From Octopus bimaculoides (taxonomy: Eukaryota): DNA of 64,000 nt. Under the pieces are notes generated by a model. It was given only the letters and a program-made list of their open reading frames with translations, was not told the DNA's origin and made no database searches. The stretch is from contig NC_068985.1 in assembly GCF_001194135.2 (NCBI RefSeq), positions 921,479-985,478 of the forward strand. The letters are read 5' to 3'. Shown here in pieces: positions 26,914-39,292 of the stretch. Numbering within the stretch: position 1 is the stretch's first letter; each line of letters opens with the position of its first letter. The translations under genes were made by a program, and so were the position numbers.

Positions 26914-27200
26914 AAGTTAGACATAAGAAGCATTGGATGCGGTACGCAAGACAGACGTTTGCGTTGGTTCGCTCATGTACTACGGATGGACGAGGAGAGC
27001 TTTGTGAAGAAGTGCCACTCCCAAACAGTTGAAGGAATCCGGGGTAGAGGGAGACCCAAGAAGACCGGGGATGAGGTGGTGAAGCATGACCTTCGAACAT
27101 TGGGCCTCACAGAGGCAATGACAAAAGACCGAGACCTCTGGAGGTATGCTGTGACTGAGAAGACCCAGCAAATAAAGTGAGTCCACAGCTGTAACCGACT
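26914..27200 (+). mobile_element. 5'-truncated RTE LINE C-terminus
   Basis: KLDIRSIGCGTQDRRLRWFAHVLRMDEESFVKKCHSQTVEGIRGRGRPKKTGDEVVKHDLRTLGLTEAMTKDRDLWRYAVTEKTQQIK*, an uninterrupted classic RTE C-terminus. Confidence 0.92.
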
Positions 27201-27395
27201 GGACCCTCCCCCAAAATTTCGGGCCTTGTGCCTAGAGTAGAAAAGACTATACAAACACTATACTTTATATAAAAAGGACCAGTATTGCTATGGCTTATGC
27301 CCTTTTCTATTCACATACCAATGCACTTCATATATTTACTTATGATGATCTTAAACAAATTACTGCTGACCAAGAAGACAATGAAGAACCCTTAA

Positions 27396-27620
27396 CCCTT
27401 TTGTTACCATATTTCTGTTGAGATACTCTGTTTGTTTTTTTTCAATTAATTTTAAATATAACAAAGAATTTAGTAAAATAACTTAGTTATCCTTGAGTTA
27501 GTGTTAAGAACACAAATTGTAAGTAAAGTTTGGTGGAAAATTTTGATTCAGAACTTTTGAAAACAAGACATTTGTAGTACAGAATCAGAGGTGGTTTCAG
27601 CCAGGTTGGTATCAAAAAGA
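27396..27620. mobile_element. piggyBac-like MITE
   Basis: TTAA|CCCTTTTGTTACC ... GGTATCAAAAAGA|TTAA: TTAA on both sides and imperfect 13-bp TIRs. Confidence 0.7.
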
Positions 27621-27789
27621 TTAAGTGGGCAAAATATAGGATCGGTTTTATAATTTCAGTTTGTACTTCTCTTTTTGTCCTCTTGATCTGTGTGCTATAG
27701 TATCTAGATATCAACTTTGATAACTTAGACTGGTTTTGGCCATTTTTGGCCCAGGTCATGACAAACTCAATAGCACCACCTGGAAAAGT

Positions 27790-28135
27790 CTTTTAGTTAA
27801 TTATTTCGGGACAACATCGACCAATCAAGCAGAGAATTGTTGGTTGAGACGTATCCAGGTGTAGGTGGTTCATCCGGTATTTCCTGGAGGAACTTGTCCA
27901 GGTACCGTTTGAAAGTTGTGGGGTCTTTTTCTACTTTAATTTCTTTTGGGATAACATTGAAAAGTGCAGGACCATTTACAGTGAAGAAATTGTGTTGCAA
28001 TGTTCTTATGTGATGTGACCTTGACCTTTGTAGGGGACGCATGGCACAGGGGCTTAGTCTTGGGTGAGAAAAACTGTTGCTTAATAGTTTTGGCATTGCA
28101 TCGTTTATCACTTCTTTACTGAAGTTGCTGGGGTA
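27790..28135 (-). mobile_element. CR1/L2-group LINE ORF2 C-terminus
   Basis: HPRLSP..NFFTVNGPALFNVIPKEIK..PTTFKRYLDKFLQEIPDEPPTPGYVSTNNSLLDW matches the GP.LFN.LP...FK..LDKFL..IPDEP..PGY..NSL.DW pattern. Confidence 0.8.
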
Positions 28136-29638
28136 TTTGTGATCGTACTAAGGAATGGAAGTGTCTGCCAGGAAGCAAAGGAACATGGACAGATGAAATC
28201 ACTTTTTGAAAAATTTGCATTAACTCATCCAAACCCAACCATGCCAACATCATTAAGTTTCTACCATTTTCTTATCCGCTAATCTCTATTGACAGAATAT
28301 AGTCAACGAATTCAAAGTTTGGTACATCAGCCTTCATTACTGCATACTTTATACAGGGATCAACCATTTGGATCATAGCAATTTGAAGGAGTGATATGAT
28401 TGCTCTGTATATACATGTATGTATATACAAAGGCATAATTGTATATAACATCACTGCTCAGACATAGATGCAGCTTCTTCAGCCAATCCACTCATTAACT
28501 GCAATCATATTGACTAGAAACAAGTCTTAATGCAAAAATAACTAAAAAGTTTTTTAAAAACTAGGCACATTTTATCATGAATATATATATCTTAATTTCT
28601 TGTTGTAGCAGAGAGTTGTGTATTGTAATCACATGACTGGTTTCAACCAATAAAATGAAAATATTTTACTGCTCTTTTGGTAGAAAATTCAAGTGTTCTG
28701 TGACCCATTTTCAACTAAAAATAAATGAGAAAATTTTAATCAAATTAATATTGGTTTGTTGCCAGAGGAATTTGTAGCAAGCTGGAAGATAATCCACCAA
28801 CACATAATTATGTTATCATTTTGCACATAGATACATACAATCATGCCAAACATTCTCTTTAAACAGACATTTTTGATTTACCTGTGAAGCTCTAATAGTT
28901 GCATACACAAAATATTTCTGAACACAAAATAGTGTTCTGTGCTTGCAATATTCTCTTGTTGCCATATTATTGCACAGGAATACTGAACAAAATTTCCTTG
29001 CAGTGTTTTCACTTCTGTGATAGAAGAATTTTGTCAAGCAAAAGAAAGGCGAATAACAGTTATCATTTAGTTTTCATTCAATCTTAACTTAAGCTTCATG
29101 TAATTTTTATTCCTATTTGCGCAATATTACTAAATGCTAAGCACTCAGATATCTTAATATTCTAATATTCTGATATCATTTCATCATTGCTACATGTCTA
29201 ATATTCTTTCTCAATTTGATTTGCATAGATCCAGATAAACAACTAATTTTGGTGTAATTAAACTGTTATTGTAGAAGATATTATTTAGTGTCTTTTTCAA
29301 GTTGTATTTTAATTTTCATTTTAGCATACCTTTAGGTTTATTTTCTTCACCAATTCTTATTTTCCTTTAGATTACAAAAAAAGAAGAAAAAAACCCCAAC
29401 AAACCTGTCTGTGAACTGTTCCTTTCATCTCATTCTGCTGGCTCAAAATTGGTTACTAAATACAGCATGTTGAAATTTAAATATTCATTGCTCTGTTGCT
29501 AATTATATATCAAGGTAATTTTATTTGATTGAAATTAAGATGTTTCATAAGAATCCCAGTGTAAAATTAACTCGTTAGCATTTTGCTAGATAAATATCTT
29601 TAGAAATTGCAAAAATTCAAAAGCAGTGTCAAAATTTC

Positions 29639-29734
29639 AAGGTTGGCTACCCACATTAACTTTTAATTCTAAGGATGGCTGCACACATTAATGTCTAATC
29701 TTAAGAATGGCTACCCATTTAAATTTTCAATGTC
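29639..29734. repeat. Degenerate 32-bp minisatellite, 3 units
   Basis: AAGGTTGGCTACCCACATTAA.. / AAGGATGGCTGCACACATTAA.. / AAGAATGGCTACCCATTTAAA.. at exact 32-nt spacing. Confidence 0.8.
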
Positions 29735-29884
29735 ATCATAGAAAGAGAAAATTTACAAGCTAATTTCGATTTGTTTTTCTGGGGGGGGGGTGTTTGTATG
29801 GAGCACGAATAGTTTGATTTTCATTCTCCTTATTTTTGGTTTAAATTACCTAAGACTTCATTTTCATGTTTTAAGAATATTTGC

Positions 29885-29941
<57 letters not shown>

Positions 29942-29950
29942 CATACATAT

Positions 29951-29984
<34 letters not shown>

Positions 29985-30133
29985 ACATATACATACACAC
30001 ATATACATATATACACACACACATATGTGTATGTATATATATGTATATATATACACATATATACACATCTATCTATCTATTTATATGTATATCTATCTAT
30101 ATATATATATATATATAAGTAATAAATAAAGGA

Positions 30134-30396
30134 CAGGTGTGAATCCCTTGCAGCCATTTCTAACGAATTTTTTAATTGATAAATGAGTACATTATATCAT
30201 TGTAAAAAATGCAACTGAATGAGTGGCAGAATCATTGAATATTTATGTTGTCATGGATTTTAAGTCATTTTAAAAAATATTATTTTAAATGCCCTTCACA
30301 CATTCATCTGAAGAAAACGCTTTTTTATAATGATATAATGTATTCATTTATCAATTAAAAAATTCGCTAGAAATGGCCGTAATGTATTGACACCTT
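30134..30396. mobile_element. Tc1/mariner-like MITE with ~75-bp TIRs
   Basis: CAGGTGTGAAT..GCCATTTCTAACGAATTTTTTAATTGATAAATGAGTACATTATATCATT mirrored by AATGATATAATGTATTCATTTATCAATTAAAAAATTCGCTAGAAATGGC..ATTGACACCTT|TA. Confidence 0.75.
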
Positions 30397-32009
30397 TATT
30401 TTTCATTCACCTATTACATAAAATGCCCCTTGCGTGTTCACCACTGCGACCACAATCCTTATCTGTGTTAACGTTCAGATCACACTGACCTATTAAAGGG
30501 CCAAGCTAAGTTGTTGGGTTAAGGAAAACCTTCTAAGGTCAATTTAAACTACAGAGATGATAAACATTTAAAACCAGTTGAAAACAAATCAATGAGATGG
30601 CTTCTACTTGGTTGTTTGACTTGTTGTAATTATCAGCCAGTCTTCCTCAAATTATATTCTACTGCCTTAAGAAAAGGAAGAGCACATTCGACAATATAAT
30701 CCCAGATACATTATGTCTAAAGCAACTGAACAATTACGATAGAATATCTGTGATTGTAGGTCAACCTTACCAAACATGACTGAAGCTCAACGAACATCAC
30801 AGCTTGCTAAATGTGTAAAAACTGCTCAACAACTTCAGATAAATGAATTCAGTTTTAATTTCTCAAGAGAGTATATTACAGAAACAAAATATTTGCTGTA
30901 GTCAAATTGATATAATGTCTTCCTGCTTCGTAATTCAAAGGAGTAAAAGGTTTGTTTATTCCTAATTTTGAGAGACATGCTGTTACCTGGACACACCATG
31001 AACATTTGTTACTCAACCTAAATCTTAAAGAGAATATTTTTTTAATCAGTTCTAGAATGTTGCAGTAATTGGTAATTAAAAGGTTATGCTGCTGAAATCA
31101 CAAAGTAATTACATAATTACATTTCCAAGAAATGAAAGATGAAGCAGTTGAAGAATAGGTTTCGAATTTAAACACCTGAACAATTTTTGAAGCACTCAGC
31201 CTCATGTAATATCCTTCAACTGTGTTCATTCATTAGTGAGTAACTAGTTTCTACAGAATCTCAGTCACTGGATCATAATGATGTCAAGCATAGGACATCT
31301 AATTCCAGAATTTTCTTTGAAGAAAGATTTTTGAGTTTTGTAATGATTTCTTCCCGAAGCATAAAATCTCAGATTTATTCAAGAACTGAGTGGTATTCTT
31401 TTACTGGTTGCAAGCATTGGAATGCAATCACATTGAAGCATCGTCTTCAAGGGTGATGCTACTTCGTTTTTATGCTTGTTACTTATTTTAACAATCTCTG
31501 TTTGATGAACTATTTGTAGAACATATAAGAACACAACATAAATAACACTAGTTTATTTTTTGACTGGCATAAGCATAAAAATACATATAAATACACACAC
31601 ACACGCATACATACATACATACATACATACATACATACATACAAACATACATACAAACATACATACATACATTCTTTAATAGGTTTAATCTTTGACTTGG
31701 GCCATGCTGGCTTTCAGAGGCTTTTGTTGATCATTTTGTCCACTGTACTCACCACAGCCTAGGACTTATTTTATTGATCTCTATTTATCAAAAAGGCAAG
31801 CAAGCTTGCAGTGTAAAGGACACAGTGTGATGTATGAATGCAAGATAGAGATGAACAATAAACTGTTGAAGATTGACAACTACATCTACACTCCATGTAC
31901 TCATAAATGTCCAAATACCATTCCGGAAGTTAACACATCTTATTCAGATGTGTTATGCCTATTGTATAATTTCGTGCAACTGTGGCACTGTGCTTGGCTG
32001 AAACAAGAA

Positions 32010-33870
32010 TAATTCTAAAAAAGTCACATGATCTGGATACCTTCTTGAACTCAAAAAGTGAAATTTTCAGTTGTTGCCACCATGGTAGCAAATTTGTTTT
32101 GTAAACTTGGTCTTCTTCCTTTGGGGACTAAAGAACAGAAAACATATTTGCAAGCACAACCAACACCTTTTGGTCAGGGGAGATACATCCCTGTCTGACT
32201 GATATAGTTGTGGCCACATCCTGAGCAAGTCATCACATAAATTTTTGGATGCACAGGTAAAATCAGTCTTAATTACAACTCACTGTCCTTGTTTGAAGTG
32301 AAATCCCAAACCTTCCAGCAGGTTGGGGCATGTTCCACAGTTTGGATACCCACATCTTTTAACTTTTGGTTCTGTTTTTGTTGAGTGTAATTTAATTTCA
32401 CACTTGTCAGTATTTTTTTAGTGTTTTTTAGTCGTCTTTAGTTTTGATGAATTTGTGTTTGTAGAATGTGGTTCATCTGAGGGTCCTTAGTGAACATAGG
32501 TAAATTTTGAACAACGGTGTTATATGCCTAATTTTTCTAGGGTTGTGTGTTGAAATATAGGGTAACATTTTTAGATGGGGTGTGTAATTTCATTTTGTTT
32601 CCCTTAGTGTTGGGATATCTATTTTCTTCGTGCATTTTATCCTATCATCTATTAATGAAGGTGGATAGTGTCTCTCAACTAGTATGGTCTTAAGGTAACA
32701 GGTATTTGTATCAGACACTGTTGTGAAAATCCTTTTTGCTAAATTAAAAGGAATATCTAATTTAATGTGTTTTGGGTGACATGAGTCATAAAAAAGATAT
32801 TGCTTTGAGTCTGTGGGTTTAAAACAGATTTCAGTTTCAATTTGATTGTTGAATATCTTTTTATCCAAATATCAAGGAATGGGAATTGGTCTTTGCTGTG
32901 CTCCATTGTTAATTGAATCTTTGGATTTATACTATTGAACAGTGATTAAAATTTGAAAAGTTTATGAACTTTCTCAATCCAGACCACAAAGCTGTCATCT
33001 AGATATCTTTTCCAGTTTTCTCATATAATGGTAAAATGAGCATCCACATTTTTGTGGCGATACTTGATATAAAGTTAATTTTCCATATCTGGAACTGCTC
33101 TTATTCCCATCACAATTCCACATTTTTGTCGGTAGTAAGTGATATCAAATAAGAAATAATTGTTCTGGAGGATAAATCATAAAGCTTCACTAATAAATCC
33201 CTGGTTCATGCACTCTGGAAATTCTTCAGTATAGTTTTCCTGCCAGAATTTTGATTGTTTCTATTCCATAGTTATGTGGGATATTAGTGCACAGGTTGAC
33301 AACACCGAAGGAAACTATGACTGTTGCTTCATTGATTGTTTTTGGCAGGTGGTTTAGCATATCTAGATCATCTCTAATGAAGCTTTGGAGATATTTCAAA
33401 AGGGGTTTCAGTAGAATGTAAACAGAATTGCTTCAGCGGTGGGTTTCACATGATAGACCATTTATAATGGGTCTTAGTTTTAAATTTTGTGATGCTTAGA
33501 CAGTAATGGACTGTAATGAAAATTTGATGATTGTTTGCAGGCTTCATTAATTATCTGGCTCTTGTGGATTTTAGGTAAAACCATAGAAAAGACTAGGTAA
33601 CAAAAGTCATCAAGTGTTTTATTTCTACCTTTAGGTGGAAGACAATAGCTTTTGGTTTTGACCAATGATTCATCAGTGTTGTTATAATAAAGCAGAGCTT
33701 CTGTAAGTTGCAATTTTCTGCAGAGTTCTGTAATATTGCCTTTGAATTCATTTTGATTGGATCTGTAAGGGACGGGGTGGGGGTAAATGTGAGTCCTTTT
33801 GTTAAAATGTAGATTTCTGTTGTTGAGAAAGTTTTCTTTGATAAGTTTATTACTTTGGGTTTTCCTGTAT
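32010..33870 (-). mobile_element. Decayed Penelope-like element (Neptune type): N-terminus, RT and GIY-YIG
   Basis: VINLSKK..ILTKGLTFTPTP; LFNSINPKIQLTMEHSKDQFPFLDI; FKPTDSKQYLFYDSCHPKHIKLDIPFNLAKRI; Cys linker RCGYPNCGTCP..FTCASKN; YVMTCSGCGHNYISQTG. Many stops and frameshifts. Confidence 0.88.
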
Positions 33871-34936
33871 GTTTTGTTCTAACATGTGTGCTTGTTTCTC
33901 CAACACATAAATATAGACACACACATATGAATGTGCATACACACTCAGAAATATATATATATATATATACACATACACGTATATGCCTCTCTCTTCATGT
34001 CTCTGTGTATACATATACATGTGCACGTGTGAGTGTGTGTCTGTGTATGTGTAGGTGCTTGAGTATATGGATAGTGGTTTTGAAAATGAAGACTATAGTC
34101 TGATATATCTTCCAAATTGTCCTCAAGGATCACATTCAGCATTGGTTTGTAAACAAACTTGACAAGATGAAGGCAGTAAGGTGTTCAACTGATGCAAAAA
34201 GAAACATGAGTATAAACTTTCCTAATAAAACAAAATTGAAAAACATGCAAGTCTTGTATACATTTCGAAATTATTTTATCTACTTTATTCTAGGCTATGC
34301 TGTGGGAACAAGAACTGATCCAATTGCAAAGACTTTCTCATACATATCTATAAGTTGTCAGCAAAATAATGATATCTCAATGTTCAATAATTTTGAATAT
34401 TCATCTGTATAATTATTGTTATTTACTTCTTAGAGAGTAGATATTATTTGCTTTAAAGGAAAGAGTGAAATTATAGACACTAATATTTTCTCATTTTACC
34501 AAGTAATCAATTGGAAGAGATAAAATATATCTGCTCACTGGCTTAATGCAAGTCTGTGTGTGTAAACACATTCACACACACACACAGACATACCCTTATC
34601 TGTACAAGAGTACATATATTCATGTGTGTCTATATGTAAACATATATATACACGTACATATATGTGTGTATATGTATGTATATGTATACATGTATATGTA
34701 AATATGTATATATGTATGCGTGTGTGTATATTTATGTTCATACATTGGTGCCCACAGGCACACACATACAAGTACAAAATATAATAATGATCAATATTTC
34801 TTAAATAGGACAACCATGCATTATCATGCAGAATTTTACTTGAGTGTTCAATGTATTTGGGCAATTATATCACACCCATATATATATGTGTGTGTGTGTG
34901 CGTGTGTGTGTGTTTGTGCATGTGTATGTTTGCATA

Positions 34937-34980
<44 letters not shown>

Positions 34981-36552
34981 AAATAATAGGATACAAGAAA
35001 ATGAACCAAGGCATATTAAAATATAAGAATATATTTATGACGACATAAACCTATGTTTCACACATATTTCAGTTCATTGATGGGGAAAAGAACTAGAAAT
35101 TACAATTCTCTTCTTCTTATCGCCATGCTTTCTGTGACTACCACAAACTTGATTTGCTGCCTAACAAACAAAATTGAAAGCTTTTTATTTCAAATGCTGT
35201 TCTTTTCAATGTAAAAACCCTCTTCCTTTCACACATATGTTTATACATAAATACGTATATACATTTAAACATGCATACATATGCATACATACATGCATGC
35301 ATGAATACATACATACATACATACATACATACTTCCATGCATCCATCCATACATACATACATACATACATACATACATACATACATACATACATGGTGGA
35401 ATTTTGTTATAAGCTCCCGATATAAACCCTCATAATTTATTGTTGTGAATTTGTGTCCTAGACATGGGAATTTATACAATTACAAAAACAAAACAAAACA
35501 AAACAAAATAGTTTATTAGTTTAATTTCTAAAGCCCTCCCCATATCATAAATCCTAGAAGTTCCATTAAAAAATTATTGTTTAAAATCAACGTTTCAAAG
35601 ATGGACAATCTGAATTTTTTTATTAAATCCCAGCAATGGATCACCCCTGGGTACATCAAGATTCCATTAAATGTGTTTCTGCGGAGGTAAATTGGAAAAA
35701 ATGTCAATACAAGTGAGAGTGACAAAGAAACAAGAAAGACACCAGGTGGTCGTGATACATGCTAGAAATAACAGCTAGATCACTCTTAAATCATACAAAT
35801 ATTTTTTGCATTATCTTATGAAAACACACGTGCTATGAGAGGTTATATGTGGTGCTTAAACCAGAATATCACCACACATACAAACACACTCTCAATATGA
35901 TAGTATGGAGGAGGAGGAGAAGAAGAAGAAGAAGAAGAAGAAGAAGAAGAAGAAGAAGAAGAAGAAAGCAAAAATGAAAAGTTGGAAAGAAGAAGAAGGT
36001 TGATGGGGATAATAATATATATCTTTAATCAGTTCTTCCCAGCATGCATCAGATGCTAACATATTGGTAAAGGCAATGTTTCATAGATGGATGCCCTTCC
36101 TGCCACAGGGAGAGAAATTTGTTCAATAGATATCTTTGTGGATGATGATTGACACCATCATGACTCTGAGAGGTTTTTGCTATTTGTAATCTTTCTAATG
36201 GCAAACAGATAATGTGAATAACGTCACAGGGTATTGATTTGTTTCATTTTCATTGGTCAACTTTAGTCAGGTGACAACATACTCTTCACCTGACTGGTTG
36301 TTGATAGGAGTAAGGGAGGATTCCAGTTGGATTGATTAGTTTGTTTGTTTCTTGTTTAGAAAAGGGAGACAAAGTTATGAGAGAAGTGATGACTGTGAAG
36401 TTATTTCTCAAGAAAGAAGTTGTAACTGTGCCAGTTCTGTTTTTCCTCACTCATTTTCTGGGGATTATACAGGAGAAAGGAATCATATTAGCTCTGTTAG
36501 CACTGTACAGATTCATTTAAAACATATACAGGGATGTGAAAGGTATTTGATG

Positions 36553-36780
36553 ACATCATCACCATCATTATCATCATCATTTTGCTATGCTGGTGTGGGT
36601 TAGATGCTTGATGGGAGCTGGCAAGGCTAGGATCCACATCAGGTTCCACTTGTCTATTTTGGCCTGGTTTTTACGCCTGGGTGCCCTTCCTAAATGCCAA
36701 CCAATTTACAGAGTGTGCTGGGTGTATTTTACATATTACCAGCATCAGGGTGGATTTTACATGGCTTCCATCACTAGTGC
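36553..36780 (-). mobile_element. Old RTE 3' UTR copy
   Basis: (CAT)n tail, then TGCTATGCTGGTGTGGGTTAGA..GGGTGCCCTTCCTAAATGCCAACC..GGGTGTATTTTAC. Confidence 0.7.
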
Positions 36781-37084
36781 TTAATGTGATGGAACAACTG
36801 TAAACTAGCAAAAACCAAATGGATTTTAATACAAGTTTGGGCCCATGGTCTCAGTGCTAATCTTCCTGTATGGTTATTCCATGAGTCTGCCTTAGCTTTG
36901 ATGTCTGCTTCTGTGCAGGAGCAAAATCATTGACATGCTTCCACTAAATTATTTTTATTCCTTTCTGACATCAGCTGGAGCAGTCCTCAGATATGCTCTT
37001 CTTCCATATCATATTCTGTCTCCATACAAGACAGGAAACCAAATATTCCAGCCCATATCCATCACTATACATATTCTGAAAGTA

Positions 37085-37660
37085 ATTCAAAGTCCCTTGG
37101 TGAGAATTTGAAAAGCATTGTGAACTCATTTTTTAGAGGTTGCTTCTTTCTTTTGCAAGGGAGATAGGTATCTTATCATGAATCTATTCTGTTTTCTCAT
37201 TACCGCTGTCTTTGCTAAGGTGGAGTTATTGTTTTCAGTTGTGTTTGTTTGGATGGATTTGGATAAAACTTTCAGGGATGTTTGGCCTTGTGACTGGCAC
37301 AAACTGATTAAATTTTGTGATTGATCCAGTACCAGACAAAGATTCTGGATTGTTTTTCCGTTTTTTTAAACTTAATTTTTGAGAGCAGTCAGGTTCACTT
37401 TTAGTATTCTCATTTGTGAGAGCAGTCGAGTTTATATCAGATATTTTCATTCTTAAAAATCATCTCTGATTAATCGTTGAGAGGACGTTGGTGTTCCCTT
37501 GGCAGGGGTCTACACTCTCTGAGTACTTTTGTTAGTGAAATAAAGAAGTACATTATTTATTCTTCACACATCTCATTTTTTTTTTTCAAAATTTGGTCGC
37601 TTATAAAGTCTTTAATTTTCTTGGGTAGAAGCGGTTATTTTGATTTATTAAATGTCTTCC
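37085..37660 (-). mobile_element. Probable second Penelope-like 5' ORF fragment
   Basis: Lys/Asn-rich low-complexity frame ending in NL..QILTKGL, similar to the N-terminus of the element at 33.8 kb; degraded. Confidence 0.4.
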
Positions 37661-37693
37661 GTATGTAGTAATTAAGAATCGATTCTTACCCTA

Positions 37694-38131
37694 ATCATTA
37701 AGCAAGCTCTGGCTTAGGTTAATATCTCCTCAGCTCCGTAGCCAGTTAGATTAGCCAGAAGTGATGGGAAGAGACCAGTTGGTCTTATCCTTTGTCCCTG
37801 GGCAAGAGGTAGGTGCCTCATATGGGATGCCACAGTCTGTGACTCTTTTGCTCCCTCCCACATCCTGGATGCTGTAGCTTCTGTTGCTGAACAGAACAAA
37901 ATCCTGAAGTATGAGAACTTGTCAGTGAACAATTTCTTCCAGCCTCTGGTATTTGAGATGTTTGGAAGGGTAAGGCCACTAACAATGAAGTTCTTATTAT
38001 CATTGGTGGATCACCTTATCCAGGTGACAGGTGATACCCATGAGGGTGCTGGGCTATTCCAACACCTTAGCTTTGCCATTGCCTTTTCTAATGCTGTGAG
38101 TATTTTGATTTGCTTTACTAGGTTCCATTGA
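37694..38131 (+). pseudogene. CRE-clade non-LTR retrotransposon restriction-like endonuclease domain fragment
   Basis: LARSDGKRPVGLILCPWARGRCLIWDATVCDSFAPSH..VAEQNKILKYENL..FQPLVFEMFG..TGDTHE..LFQHLSFAI..NAVSIL follows the CRE pattern R.DGKRPDG....PW..G..L.WD.T..D..A.S..AE..K..KY..L..F.P...ET.G..L.QRLS.A..GNA.SIL; two in-frame stops. Confidence 0.8.
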
Positions 38132-38589
38132 CCCCTGTGCTGTGCAACCAACTGAAGCACTTGATGTTCAATTGATGTTTTTCGTTTCTTTTTCTGCTTA
38201 TGTTTGTGTTTTCTTTGATTTGGGATTTGTATTTTAATGTAGTTTCATATTATATATGTATCATATACACACGTATTATTTATGTAATTATTAAATTATC
38301 TACATTTTCAATAAATAAACCACAGCAGGACAAAAAAATTCTATCAAAACAGAATCTATTATAAGATTATCATATATTTGTATTTTCTTGGACAAGTCCT
38401 AGATTCAGATGTCAAAATTTGTGTCCAGGAAGAATTTAAAGGATTCTAGCATTTCAGCATCAAGCACTTAAAAAATTATATACACGAATATATAGCATTA
38501 TCATCTTCATTATTTTACATCTTTTTTTAAAAATAAAAAGAGAGAAATAGAAGCTGATGGGAATCTGCATATGTATATATAGATAACCT

Positions 38590-38770
38590 CATCACCATCT
38601 TTCATCTGTTTGACAAGAAATGACAAGCTGAAGAGCTGCACCAGTCTCCAATTGTGTATTTGGAATAGTTCTGTGGGTGGATGGCCTTCCTAATGCCAGA
38701 GTATATTAGGTGCTTTTACATGGTGCCAGAACAAGTGCTTTACATATAGCACCAGCATTGGTACATTCTA
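38590..38770 (-). mobile_element. Old RTE 3' UTR copy
   Basis: GCTGCACCAGTCTCCAAT..GGATGGCCTTCCTAATGCCA..GGTGCTTTTACATGGTGCC. Confidence 0.6.
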
Positions 38771-38829
38771 TGTGGAACCAGCAAGAATCTATCTCAATCG
38801 CCATGATAGACTGCTAGCAACTGAAGCTT

Positions 38830-38988
38830 TCTTTTTTTATTCTCTCTTTGTTTATCTTCTTGTGATCCTTTCTGTCGAAGTGTGTAGGCTTGAAATGTAA
38901 AAGACTTTCTCATCTTCCCAAGCGTTAAACTAATACATCTGTTTGTTGTTTACACACCTGTCTTCGTCTTTTGTTTTTTGTAAATTCC

Positions 38989-38992
<4 letters not shown>
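38830..38992 (+). mobile_element. Penelope pLTR-like short repeat with decayed hammerhead-like motif
   Basis: CTGTCGAAGTGTGTAGGCTTGAAATGTAAAAGACTTTCTC..TTAAACTAATACATCTGTTTGTTG; homologous to 62267-62420. Confidence 0.6.
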
Positions 38993-39032
<40 letters not shown>

Positions 39033-39245
39033 GATGTCTTTGCAGCTTTAATAATAAAGCTTATTACTCTACTTTTCGTATTCGAGTACTATTTTCTCCA
39101 CCTTGTTTCACATTTGTGTGCTTACTCTGGTATATTTGTGTGTGTGCGTGTGTGTGTGTGTGTTTGTGTGTNNNNNNNNNNNNNNNNNNNNNNNNNNNNN
39201 NNNNNNNNNNNNNNNNNNNNNNNNNNNNNNNNNNNNNNNNNNNNN

Positions 39246-39292
<47 letters not shown>

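Noticed and set aside
29639-29734. CRISPR-like array
   Set aside because: Only three contiguous degenerate units, no unique spacers, no cas genes, eukaryotic context.
31258-31455. 65-codon open frame after an acceptor-like ctacag
   Set aside because: No recognisable domain, weak donor; the opposite strand hints at an old LINE remnant.
34186-34212. Hammerhead-like CTGATGC..GAAACATGAGTA
   Set aside because: Core A9 is missing and there is no stem II.
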